DNA of 62,080 nucleotides, the filler included, from Sphacelaria rigidula (Eukaryota), in NCBI GenBank assembly GCA_964200075.2. It is 9 parts of 9 records of this genome, joined end to end, with 100 filler letters (N's around TTAATTAATTAA, not from the genome) between each part and the next. Parts side by side here need not be neighbours in the genome. Positions count along the whole stretch, not along the records: positions 34,548 to 41,356 come from CAXNAA020017972.1; positions 41,457 to 48,264 come from CAXNAA020017973.1; positions 48,365 to 55,172 come from CAXNAA020017974.1; 6 more parts are not named here. One strand, written 5' to 3'. This document shows positions 39,401 through 51,210 of the stretch, piece by piece. The notes under the pieces were generated by a model. The model saw only the letters and a list, made by a program, of their open reading frames with translations, ran no database searches and had not been told where the DNA came from. The position numbers were made by a program, and so were the translations under genes. Positions within the stretch are counted from its first letter, which is position 1. Each line of letters starts with the position of its first letter.

Positions 39401-40087
39401 CGACAGGTGTATTTCGATCCACGTAATGTGACCTTGTGGGGGCGGATTGGGGCCTTTCTACGGCAATTAAAAAAAGCCCACTACGTGAAAACCTACCAAC
39501 AACGACGGATTTTTGTTTGTGAGCTCTAACCGTTCGTACGAGAAATTATCAATCTGGCCCAACAAAAATTACAATTTGCGGCCACCGGAAAACGCGAAGA
39601 TTTAACGGAACCCTCTCGACAAGTGCAGCAGATTAGTTCGAGATGTCAAACACAGTCTGCGCCCCCTGCCAGGGGTGAAAAACGCCATGGAAGGACCAAG
39701 AGGACACGCTCTCAAGGTAATCCCTTCTTTTCGGATATTTGAAATCTGCCTTATCGATAGAAGAAAAAAAGAAAACGGGGGAGAGTTGGGTTGATCGAGT
39801 GACTACAGATCCATCCCAAGGAAGGGGAGGGGATACAGATATGACCCAACAAAAAATAGCGAAGCGAAAACATGCATGATATATACATATATATATATAT
39901 TTTTATACATTGCTCTCATGTATTTCCGCCGTTACCTGGAATTAGTTCACAATAGAGTGCCATTGTTGGGAGCGCATATGACAAGAACAACGAAGAGCGA
40001 ATGACCTTTGTTCATATTCAGTATTTTGTCCCCTCGGTTCACGGGCGTCTTATCATGCAACCTTAAGCGCTGGAAGAACTGATGAAA

Positions 40088-40119
<32 letters not shown>

Positions 40120-42248
40120 TCGCACGAAAGCTGAATCCATTGTAAACATGACCCACTTTTGAACATCGGCGTTTCGTGTCGCAATACCTGTTCCATTCAT
40201 TTTGCCCCTTGTTTCTGCACGCGAGATCATGTTTTGTCCACCGGGCAGAGGGACGAGGGTAGGAAACGTGAATCAACATGAGCATCGATTCAAATCGTGT
40301 CAAGTATGAGCATTCAACAACGTTCACGAAAATATTCATGTCTTAATTTGTCTATTATTTATTATTGGTGTTCACGAAGGGACGATTACGGTAGCGAGCA
40401 AGCATGCTGCCCCCGACCTCAATGTGAGTCACAGCGACGTCCCCTGCAAATCAGACTTTGGAGAGAAATAATCAAGATATCGCGAGATCTCAATTCCATG
40501 GAATCAACAATCTATTTTGTATGGTCGTCAGTTAGGACCAGTAGAGTGGGGTCGGGGACGACGGTAAAATCACCTCAGCTACCGCATCAACAAATAAATG
40601 GGAAATCAGCGCTACAAACATAATACTTACCGTAGGTATTCTATTGTCAATGCCACCGCCCTTATTTATATAAATACTGAGTTATGGTTGAGGGTCGATT
40701 TCGGAAATGATTCACGCACTGTACTACAACAGTGTGAAGAAAAGCCCTGCGAAGGTACACTGACCGTTTCTTCTCTCGAAATGAGGTTTCACGTACATTT
40801 CTGAAAGTAATGGTACACTGATCATGCTCAATACACAACAATCATGCTACAAAGAAACACAAGACGCTAGCACAAAAGCTTCCGTTTTGCCTACCTTGGG
40901 TACGTTCATTTTGACCGCGGCTGGGCCCTTCTCGGGGAACATTTAATGTACGACCATCGACTAAATCCATCCCTCACTGAAAATATGGCAAGTCGTGCGC
41001 AATGTTCAGGTATTCTCCGGCAAACATTATTTTCAGAGCTGGAAGAACAACTCACAGGAAGTCGGTGACAATGAGGTCACTGCTGAGAAGCTCGACATCG
41101 GGTATTGTCCAATACGTCATCCTCTCCTTCAGAATTTCGCCCGCCTGTACGTGCACAGCAAGAAAAAACGAAACAAAAAAATATGACAACAAAAAGGGGT
41201 GGGTGGGTGAGGGGACAAAAATACGACGGCATCTGAATTCAATTACCTCCGACCAATTTTTGAAGCTTTCCTGCACACGAACACTCGTACACTGTGTGTG
41301 TGTGTGTTGTCGTCCCATTTATTCTGGGCACCAGTGTACACCTTTCGGTGTATGTGNNNNNNNNNNNNNNNNNNNNNNNNNNNNNNNNNNNNNNNNNNNN
41401 TTAATTAATTAANNNNNNNNNNNNNNNNNNNNNNNNNNNNNNNNNNNNNNNNNNNNGTCCCGGCTTGGTAGGGATGCGAGGTCAATGGCCTGATGACTAT
41501 GGCAAGCATGATCATGAGTACACCCCGCCCCTACCCCCTTCAGTCTCAGTTGCTTTTTGGCGCAAAATTGTTCTGGGCATGCAGCAGCAAAACAACTCAA
41601 CGTGGCACGAGTGGGATATTCGCCGCAGTCCGTTCAGCTTTCCAGCATCTCACTCGTCGAAGAGAACACCGACATACAAAGTTCCCAAACGCGGACTCTC
41701 CCTTGCTCCAGCCACATTCATTTGCAACCCGTTTTGGTGTTCAATACATTTCCGAATACTTTCCTGCTCTTCATATTTTGTACCGCGGCTTAAAATCCGC
41801 GCGACTATCGTTTGTCTCGGGCAACGCGAGATGTAGACTGCCGAAAACATGGCGTACTTTCGAGCACCTGTAGTACCCACTCTTTTGAATAATGACTTGT
41901 CCAGGGTACCTGACTTATAAATTGCCGAGAGTTGTTCGTTCTCCAGGAAACATGGGGTGTAACTCACGGGAAGCACCGGGTGCTACGCGGTACCTGAAGT
42001 GATGGCACCCACAAAATATCTCTCTACTCGAACTCTACCCGACCCTAACCTCCTTTGCATCACTCGTTATGCCACAAAACACAGACGCGAGGGTCATCTT
42101 CACGAGGAAGTGGACGACCTCCTTGATACGTACTTCTGATGTTTCCACAAAACTCATGCTTACCCTTTCAACGAGGTCTTCTACCTTCCCATCATCACCC
42201 ATACCCTGATCTTCCAATGCAGGCACAACAACGACCCAATCGATTGCG

Positions 42249-42365
42249 CTAAGGTGTCTCCGGCACGCGTCGGAAAGTTCGGGACGGGGTGAACACGAAA
42301 TCTAGAGGTACGTCAGAAGATGACGTCGGAACATTGTCCACCACTTGCTCGTCGAAACAAACACC
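42249..42365 (-). CDS. MTHFS: 5-formyltetrahydrofolate cyclo-ligase, exon 4 (117 nt, ends TAG)
   Basis: GACAG|GVCFDEQVVDNVPTSSSDVPLDFVFTPSRTFRRVPETP* matches the family C-terminal G...EQ...VP...D..LD pattern. The four exons total 948 nt (315 aa plus stop). Confidence 0.93.
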   Translation of the reverse strand, partial: GVCFDEQVVDNVPTSSSDVPLDFVFTPSRTFRRVPETP

Positions 42366-42794
42366 CTGTCGTCAATTGTGGGAAAGAAGAGACGCGACGT
42401 GGGGAGGGAAACAACGGGGGGGGGGGGGCGGTTGCAATCATAACAGGACATGATAAGGTCCGTAATGATCGCTCCCCTCGTTAGGCAGGATTTAAACGAC
42501 CAGTGACGGCCATAACATACGCCCAACCAACCTGCTCTGTGTGTAAAAAGCAGCTTCTGGCCTCCGCAGGCTCTTGTGAGCATTGTCCCTCTCTCTTGGC
42601 ATCTTCCACGTGCGCTATGTTTGGGACAGACAGGCGTGGACCTCATGACAGGGGAATGTACATCTAGGCTGCAAAGCCAATGGATCATCGCACCGTTGGG
42701 AATCACGCAGTCCACTTAAATTTATCTAGTTACCCACGACGTTGACGCCGGGGTGAAAGCGGCGCTAGATATCAGTGGCAAATCAAGAGCTCAC

Positions 42795-42859
42795 CATCGT
42801 GATCGGCGGTGGACGTCCCTTCTCGGAGTTGGATTTGTTGACCCGCTCAAAGAAGCAGT
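42795..42859 (-). CDS. MTHFS: 5-formyltetrahydrofolate cyclo-ligase, exon 3 (65 nt)
   Basis: TTCACAG|AC completes the D of GYYD, then CFFERVNKSNSEKGRPPPITM. Donor ATG|GTGAGC, phase 0. Confidence 0.92.
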
Positions 42860-44164
42860 CTGTGAAAACAGTTTCAACGTGAGCAAGCATCCAACAAAAC
42901 ACGTACAGACAAGGTTCATATATTATAGTGACGAGAATACAGTGGGAGTGCGTTGTGTGGAGAGATAAAACCACAGTGTTCATGACAATTTCATGCACAT
43001 GCCATGCAAGCTCGCTTCAGCTGTTGACCACAAGTTTTCAGCCACGTCAACACGTGGCATATATTTGCAGCCCAAGCATCATATGCAAGATTTTTCTATA
43101 TGTCCACATGGCGGAGGGGGGGGGCGTACTCATTTGTTGCTTGCCTTAGTCGTTTGACCATTGACCACGCATCCCTTTCGGAGGGATGGGAGTACTCCAG
43201 ATCCAAGTAAGTAGGGTATCAAGCGTTGTCAGGCTTCTGAAAATGTTGTTTCGGGTGTTAAAAGCACGTCCCTGAACTCGGAGTAAGAACGTGCACTGTT
43301 TTAGGGAGGTTGATACGAGCAAAGTGCGAGTCAGAAAGTTCGGAATGATGTGCTGATTCAAGATACATCGATGACACGTTTCCTGGGAATCATGCCGCTT
43401 CATGTTACCAGTTGTTTACGTATGTTGGAGCATGCCTGTAGCTAATGCAGCGGCTGTATGTTGGTTGTCCGACCCATGTGTGAACGTATCCATAAAGACA
43501 AAAAAAAGTGGGGGGCGCATGGCTACATTCTTCTAACAGGGGGCCATCTGTGCTAAAACTTCCCACTCCTTGATCATGTGCGGGATGTGCACCCTACACG
43601 GGAGAGGGAGACGGACGCTGCAACTATACCCTTTATACACTACTAAAGTGTAATATACGGGTAAATGTCGGTAGGTTTTCTCTTGCTTCGGTGACCTCCT
43701 TGCCTCCAGTGATTTTTTTTTAAAATCGAGCCAGCGTTCATTTTTACCATATTTATTCTACACGTACACAAGTTAGCTTCTCGCACACATTTTGAAATGA
43801 ATCCATCAACCTCTCGGCGAGACTGTGATTTGAACTCTGGTTTATGTTACTACTGTCTGTCGTACCTAGCCCTCATCATGGAAGGGGGGGCTCCTGTGGT
43901 GTCTAGACAGGGATATGCCACTCTTTGGTCAAGCGTTGTTTCCTCTATTTTGGCTGAAACGTTTTGTCAAATCATCGTCTGATATCGCAGGGTAAACTTC
44001 TAGGAAATAAAAGAGGACTGAACGGTGGTTCGCTAGTAGGCGTGCAAGTCTGTCAGCACGCTACCCCGAAAGGTACGACAGTGTTGCAACTTGATCGTGT
44101 ACGCCGGCCACAGAGGGAAACTATACTGTCAAATATTGCGACAAAGTCACGGGGGTTCGATCAC

Positions 44165-44387
44165 CATAATATCCCCTGCCGTGTCCAAGACGGTTACATC
44201 GCGCATCGAACGCCATTGCTGGCACGATGACGACATCAATATCGCCGGCGAACGTTCCGTCTTCCCGCGATAGAACCAATTCCTCAGATGGCTCTGGTAT
44301 TTTCCACTTTGTCAAGGGGAAGGAGCTGGTCTCTTGGTCTGATTCGAGGGGGAACATGCGCATGTCCGCCGAAGCAGGACCCATCAC
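44165..44387 (-). CDS. MTHFS: 5-formyltetrahydrofolate cyclo-ligase, exon 2 (223 nt)
   Basis: CAG acceptor. KWKIPEP...IDVVIVPAMAFDARCNRLGHGRGYY carries the family signature RLGxGxGYYD. Donor G|GTGATC, phase 1. Confidence 0.96.
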
Positions 44388-44948
44388 CTGTGGGCGAAAA
44401 GAGTCGGATCGTAAAGAGAGAATTATCATTCATCCATCTCCAGACGTAGTAGCCTTCTTGTGTTCGTCATCTCTCAGGAAACCCAAGACGATCAACGCCA
44501 GGGCTTCTCACGTGGTCCCCCACCGTAGTACTATTCATAGTCCGGCCCGATGCTGCTTGCTTTTACAGAGCAAACGGGGTGATATCGACGTGCTATGGCC
44601 GTTCCCGACGGGTATGCAAGTAGTCTACGATCTGAAGTAGGAAAGCCCAAACCGAATGCGGGGAGATTCACCACGGTCTCCTGTTCTCACTCTACAGACC
44701 ATATTTCTACCTCAGGGCAGGAGAGATAAATCACTTCGGTGCAAGGTACAAGGTAGACCCTGATGCAGAGACGGAAACAGGAACACGTCCGAATGCACAC
44801 CTGCGTCAACTCCGCGCCGCGGTAAGGTGTCAACCCCACGATTAGACCAGGTGACTCACGCAAACTTGTCGAACTTTTCACTTTCGAAAACAAGAGGAAA
44901 CATCCGGTCATGCTCAGGCAAAATCTGTTGTTTATGTGCGTAGCGTAC

Positions 44949-45491
44949 CTTCGGGACGTAGACCTTCTTTCCTCTCCTGAACAACTCACTCACGAGAGCT
45001 TTGGTGGCCAACTCTCCGGGCATGGACAAGTACACACTTACCCCACTAGCGCCGCCACCCGCGGCAGGAACACCTTCCTGCAGTTGGGAGGTGGCAAGCA
45101 GACGGCCAACTACAGCAGCTGATCCAGCACCTACCTCGTCTTCTCTCATCAACTTCAACGCAGCCTTGATGCTCTTACGCATCGCCGCTTTTCTTTCGCG
45201 ATAGCCTACTTCCCTTTTCTCCTCCGCAACTGTGGGCTTTACTACGTTGCCATCCTCGTTTCCCCCCCGCCTTGCAGACGAGGATGTGGACATGCTGACA
45301 AAAGCTGTTGGGGACTCCACTCGACGAGACAGTAAATCCTGCTGCAAAACTAGGCCGAGTGCGGCACGATTATGCGCGGCCGCCGCTAGAAGATTTTCTG
45401 ATGCTCTAGGACTGCTCGGACTACGGCCTATCGCACCTCCACCAATCCGATAGATCAAAAGTGCAAGTCTTCGATATGCAGTCCCAGGCAT
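44949..45491 (-). CDS. MTHFS: 5-formyltetrahydrofolate cyclo-ligase, exon 1 (181 codons from the ATG at 45491; alternative in-frame ATG at 45293)
   Basis: KAAMRKSIKAAL...SVYLSMPGELAT...GKKVYVPK. Donor AAG|GTACGC, phase 0. Confidence 0.93.
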
Positions 45492-45754
45492 GTGGGAGAC
45501 CAAAGAGAGCACGGGCACATGAAAACGCAGGCGCAAGAAAGCATAATGGATACGACACAAGATTTTGACCTCTGGTGAATCATTCAGACCCGCGATTGTC
45601 CTGTGCTATGACCTTTCGTGGTTTTATTCGGGGATTTTCGTCGGTTCCCCCCAACCAGAAGCGCATTGGCCAGGTGCGGTGGGCGGCGCAAGGCATCAAC
45701 CAGATTTGCCTCACGAGGTGCCAGGTTATTTGTTTACCTCTATAGCTTACCGCT

Positions 45755-45830
45755 ATGCCGTCAGCATCGGAGAATGGGCAATTAGTGCTTAACAAGACCG
45801 GCAAGTTCGGCGTGCTGGACGTACCAGGCG
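45755..45830 (+). CDS. Candidate first exon of a divergently transcribed unknown gene (MPSASENGQLVLNKTGKFGVLDVPG)
   Basis: ATG, an open 76-nt frame and a consensus donor G|GTGAGT, phase 1. Confidence 0.5.
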
Positions 45831-46360
45831 GTGAGTATCCTCAGCTCAGTTCTGTAGCACAAGGCAAAGCTACAGATCGTTCAACACACGCTTGCGAAGC
45901 AACTGCCTTCATGTAGCCGGGAGAGCGAATGCCATTTCCAGCAGGTATAGCGTTGCAAAGTTCGCTTTTAGCGGCACCAACTCTTCCCAATAGCGCAGCA
46001 GGCGGTCTCCACTGTTTGCCGCTTGTAAATGTCCGCAATTACCTGCCTGGCCATACAGTACCGCAGCACAACAGTACAGGGATACACACAATTGTCAGTA
46101 GAACAGTACTTTCCACCCTCAGACGGTCAGCAGTTCCTCTCCCATATTTTCGAGGAATATCCAACACGCTGCGTGTTAGGTGCTCTGTATCGCGAGTGTC
46201 CGGGTGAGGATACGATCCTACTCAGCGGCCGCCTTGTGCATGGTTGCAAGAGATGTTTGCGGTGCTTATCCGACTTGATGCGGGTGTCACAAGGGTGATG
46301 AAAAATCATGACATTTTCAAACTCACCCACAGCAACCTAGTGTAAGGTGCACGGTTTCCA

Positions 46361-46546
46361 GCAGCCCAGTACAACGAGTACACTGCGAACCAGTTTCTGG
46401 CCGTGAGGAAACGGGTAGCGGTGCGCAGGTTCCTGCTTGTACACGACAAGCTATTATTATATATGTCCTGTACATGGGGGTTCAAGGAGGTGCGCAGCGC
46501 TGTGATGTTGAGCGCCGTCTCTTTGTCGGCATTCCAAAGCAGAGGG
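46361..46546 (+). CDS. Candidate second exon of the same unknown gene (AQYNEYTANQFLAVRKRVAVRRFLLVHDKLLLYMSCTWGFKEVRSAVML...)
   Basis: TTTCCAGCAG (NAGNAG) acceptor, phase-compatible with the first exon; GC3-rich open frame; donor G|GTGAGT. A second frame is also open, so the reading is not certain. A further candidate exon lies near 47388-47525. Confidence 0.45.
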
Positions 46547-48816
46547 TGAGTATTCATCGGTGCAACTGGCTATAGCCGCACCTTATAGTGCGTCTTGGTG
46601 CTGTATGCATCCGCTCGAAGACCACCGATCGGTACTGTCGAACTTTGAATAGGGTATTCACTCAATCGGGATTTCTTCACGGACGATTTTTCATCTTCAC
46701 TCGAGAGTTTGAGATTCGGCGGGCGTTGGAAAAAGAAGCAGGTCGTCATCAGGACATATTTCCCAACCTTGTGTTGTCGGAATGATACAGCGCAAAATGC
46801 CGTTTATCGAGGGGGTGCTGTTGACCGCATGTGGCCCAAAATCATGGTTCTCGGCTGTAGCGCAATGAATATCGAGAAAACAGAAAGACTAAAGGCACAT
46901 AATTGTTCAATATCATGACCCGGATCGGTTCGGTCGAGCGAAAACTTCAAAGAGCGAGAACCGGAGGCTCGAACACTTGCGGAACCGGTCAGCCCGTATC
47001 TCCTTGAAAATTGGTCGTGGATTACATTTTTTTTTCTCGAAACTTGTGTGGGGTGCTCACGTCTTTCAATTCCCTCAAGGTTGAGATCGAACAGAAACCG
47101 TAATGAGTTGTGGTAGCCGAAAGTACTGAAGAAAGTCGCGTTCAACCGAAAAGGTTTGGTTTCAAGTTTGACGACTAGTTCGTACAGGAGAACAAGGCAA
47201 ACGCTGCTGCACACACATGCCAGTTTGTTCGTCCGCATTTAGCACAAGTCAGAGCCATGTCGAATACCGTATTTTCAGCCGCCGTTTACCCATCCAGAGA
47301 TTTACAACTATTACTTCTGAAAATCGAAATGCCCACCACGGCACCAAGGACTGACCTTACTGTACTCTCGCACGGTCATTGTTCCAGTTATCCAGGAGAG
47401 CGAGCCCGCTGTTGCTCCTGCCGCAGCGGCAACGGCAACGGGAAGGGCAGCAGCTGGTGAGGAGTCCCATGGAAAATCGTCCAAGGGAAAGGGAAAGGGT
47501 TCGAGCGAGACGACACTGGAGGCAGGTTCTTCACCACGTCTCTGTAGAGTTGAATGATGACACACACAAGATATCCATCAAATTAGGCAGCATGCAGCTG
47601 GAGCCATTAGGGTGAATGGCGTCTGTACATGTATCAACATATTTCGGGGTAGCGTAAGAGATTGATCGAATGAAACTGCTGTCCCTGTTGCCGTGCTCAA
47701 CCGAGTATTGTGCATACCCCCACAGTTAAGAATGTTCCTATCGTCAACTCTGCGTGCCAAGAATCGAGTGATGCCGCGGTAGCCCCCCCCCCCCCCCCCC
47801 CCCACCCCCACTACACCGCAGCCCGCCCCCCCCTGCGCTACGCCCCACCCCCCNNNNNNNNNNTTTTGCATCCCCCCCCATTTAAAAATTTTCCCTTCGC
47901 CACCCCTCGGGCCCAAAAACCGGGTGTGGCCGCGGGGGCCCCCCCCCCCCCCCCCGCCCTCAAATCTATGGACTATGGCATGCATGATCATGAGTACACC
48001 CCGCCCCCAAGCCCGCTCTAAGAGTGTCACACAGAAAATGCCCATACAGCTCATGAAAGCTGGTTTCAGACTCCATAAAACGCCTCATATGGGCGACATC
48101 GGCCAAAACGATCCAAACTGGGGGAGTTGCCAGGTGCCTGGTGTGCTTGGCTCTTGTCCTTTTGATTCGCATGTAGGTTTTTCCTCCTCAAACCAGCCAC
48201 TTCTCTGGGGGGGGAGGAGGGGGGGGGGGGCGTCGCGGCATCCCTCTACTCTAGTTTACAAGACNNNNNNNNNNNNNNNNNNNNNNNNNNNNNNNNNNNN
48301 NNNNNNNNTTAATTAATTAANNNNNNNNNNNNNNNNNNNNNNNNNNNNNNNNNNNNNNNNNNNNGGGTCTCCCCCCCGGCCCATGGGTGAGAGGTTGCGT
48401 CTACCCCCTTTTCCCCACCCATTCAAACCTTGCTGCAATTCCCCCCCCCCCCCCCTCCCTTATTTCCCGTTGCGAGCCATACACGGTTTATATGAGAGGA
48501 AAGTGGCCAGCAAAGGTATTTTGCCGTCCCGCTTCGAAATCTGCCATAATATTACGTGCATTTTTTTTTGTCGCACTTTGAACCCCTTTCCTTGAGGGGA
48601 TGAGATATGTTGAAGGTTTTTGTGGAATGTATGAGTCCGTGGTCTCAAGGGATCAATCCATGTCTCCCCGGTATACGCCTTGCATTTTGACCTCGCGGAT
48701 TGGGTCAGCACTCCCGCAACGCGTCAACTCACGTCAAACAAACGCAGTCATCTACCTTGTTCACCCACGTTCTCACGCTTTCCACGCGGTGGAAATCAGA
48801 TACTACGCAGAAAAAA

Positions 48817-48890
48817 CCCAACGCATCGGGAATCGAACCCTGGTTCTCTTCACCCAAATGGCGGCACTCGGACCATTACACCACCGGGGC
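48817..48890 (-). mobile_element. tRNA-derived SINE head or tRNA pseudogene
   Basis: GCCCCGG-TGGTGTAATGG (A box)...TTTGGGT...GGGTTCGATTCCC (B box), followed by T6. The acceptor and anticodon stems do not pair. Confidence 0.75.
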
Positions 48891-49759
48891 GCGGCGGCAA
48901 CGATATCATGTGTCCTTATTCCCCTGGCACTCCGCATCAAGTTTACTTTGTAGGGCGTGCGAGCCGTCAGACGCAACGTGTACCGGATATGCAACGCTCG
49001 TTCTATTTTCTTTCTCCAGCCATTATTTGAACACTAGACGCCCGCAGTTTTTCTCCCGTGACTATTCGTATACCTGGTCTAAACCACTGTAAACCATGCC
49101 TTGATAATTTGAAACAAAATCGTTTCCGCGAAAATATTGATACTTTTTTTGGATGAAGGTCAATCACAGCGCCTTGAAAAAATAAACAATAAACATTAAA
49201 CTGTTCCGAAAATGACGAGCATAACTCGGGGATTTTTTTTCACAAACGGTATTTTGATATGGTCCAAGCACCGGAAACCCAGCGCTGCGAAGTTTTATTA
49301 GCATTTGACATTATTGAGCGAAGACGTCAGTCATACCCGTGCACTTTTTTTTGTCTTGTTTGTTGTTCAGCCCTCGACTCTCACCCCCTCCAGGGTCCGT
49401 CGTAGTCGAAGAGATGAAAACCCCCATCTCTCCATCGGTCCATCGGCTATTTTCCTCATATTTCATCATTCGAGCATCTCATCAGCATCCCATGAGCTTT
49501 ACCTTCGACAAACTTCACCATTAAATCTGATGTTTTTTTTGCCGACTCGCTGCAAGGCTCTCGCGTTTTCGAACGATAGACGGAAAACGAACGGGGATGA
49601 ATTAAACAACCCCCGCTCTTGTACTTGCGACCATCTTCGTGATTTCAGCAAGCCCGTAAGAGTCCGCCCCGAGTCTGGGAGCGCCGATTTTGCGTACCTG
49701 GTAGTTCGACCATCGGGTGCGCGGCGGGTTGTTTCAAAGTACAGTACCGTGCACATTTT

Positions 49760-50186
49760 CAAGGATGTGTTCTGTAGGGTGCACCATGTAAATATCGGGT
49801 ATGTATCCGAGTATAGAAGAAGTTTGTTATCGAAACACCCTTCCAAACCGTATCGGATTGTTCGGAAGAGGGTTCGATACCCTGCCGGACCATACCGATA
49901 GGTGCGACACACATTCTGGATAGCTTGGTATGCCACCCAAGAATCCCCCCCCTTCCGGGTATACCCCCACACAACACAACCTTGCAAGGATGTGTTGGAT
50001 AGGGTCAAATATCCGGGCATTGACTCTCCCGAATCTCGTGTTACGATGGTCCGATCTCCAAACTCTACCCAATATCTAGGCGTTGTTGAGTGCGATCGCA
50101 ATACTATAACCAATTTTTGGGTGCTTCAAGAGTACGATTTTTCAAAATACCCTAATGAAGGAAATACTGTACCCAACACACCCTTG
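49760..50186. mobile_element. Two abutting MITEs with CAAGG..CCTTG termini (49760-49984, 49985-50186)
   Basis: CAAGGATGTGTT...AACACAACCTTG|CAAGGATGTGTTGG...CCAACACACCCTTG. Confidence 0.75.
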
Positions 50187-50233
50187 CAATCTTGCACATT
50201 TTCATCTCTTTTATTTATTTTTGGGTGATGCAG

Positions 50234-50326
50234 GACATTGGGCAGCACGAGGAGGACATCGGCTTGATGAAGATCGAGCTCGAGGAGGCCCAGGAGAGGG
50301 AAAAAGAAGCGGATGCGGTGCTCAAG
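50234..50326 (+). CDS. SMC1: Probable cohesin SMC1 coiled-coil exon (DIGQHEEDIGLMKIELEEAQEREKEADAVLK)
   Basis: TGCAG acceptor, 93 nt, phase 0-0, GC3-rich. Donor AAG|GCGAGT (GC type). Joins in frame to 54883. Confidence 0.75.
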
Positions 50327-51210
50327 GCGAGTGACTGCTCGAAAACATCATATATTACGCCGTTGTTTTGTATCTCATGAAACAACACAATCTTCCCCCA
50401 TTGCATGCGCGAGGTGAAATAACTGCTTCAGTCATTTTCCAACGAGTCTGCCGAAAACAAATCGACCGCGGGTCTGAACGAAATAATTGATGCGATCGTT
50501 GAAAACTGTACAAATGTTCTAAAAATGTCGGTCAACCGCGTCGAAAAAATACTGTTGAAAAAACCATAATACACGCGTACGATTGTGTTTTCTCGTTTGA
50601 AAAGGGGCCATTGTCTATGAGTTGACCGGTTTACACGGAGAAGCTAGTTCGTTCGTACGTGCGTTAGTTGTTGATACATCATGATGCTTCCACACACTCT
50701 CATGTACGCTACTCTATTGCAGGATGCAAAAAACATGTTGGTTGTATATGGCACAGCATCGATTCGATCGATTCAACTCACCAGGTCGGGATGGGGAGCG
50801 ATGTTACGATAGGGGTTGCACTTTTTGTTTCTGGGTCTCTTTTTTTTGTAGGAGCCCAAATATATGGGGCTTACTGTGCAACCCAAATCTCCGGGGACAG
50901 GACTCCCTGAAACATGGTGTTTGCACGCGAGGGCCTTTTCGTGAATCGGCATCATTTTCATTCTTTTCCAATTAGAAATGATACCGATTCTCAAAATGAC
51001 CCGTCCAACACCCCGAGAAACATGTTCGCTAAAAAAGTACGACCCCTATCGTTGCAGCATCACTCTGGGAGAGTCAGAGGGAAAACATCTACAGTATCGC
51101 TTCGAATGCTGGTTCAAACATATACTTTGTTGATACTTTGTTCGAAGGATTTATTCCATGCGTCGATTGCAGTATTTTTTTTTTCAATTTCTCCACACGT
51201 CCAACAACCA

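Noticed and set aside
47710..47960. Apparent tandem duplication around a poly-C run and N10 gap (similar cases near 760-930, 14935-15125 and 56435-56610)
   Set aside because: The second copy is a homopolymer-smeared version of the first, typical of low-quality reads beyond G/C runs. Likely an artefact.
48817..48890. Functional tRNA-Pro gene
   Set aside because: The acceptor and anticodon stems do not pair; kept only as a tRNA-derived sequence.
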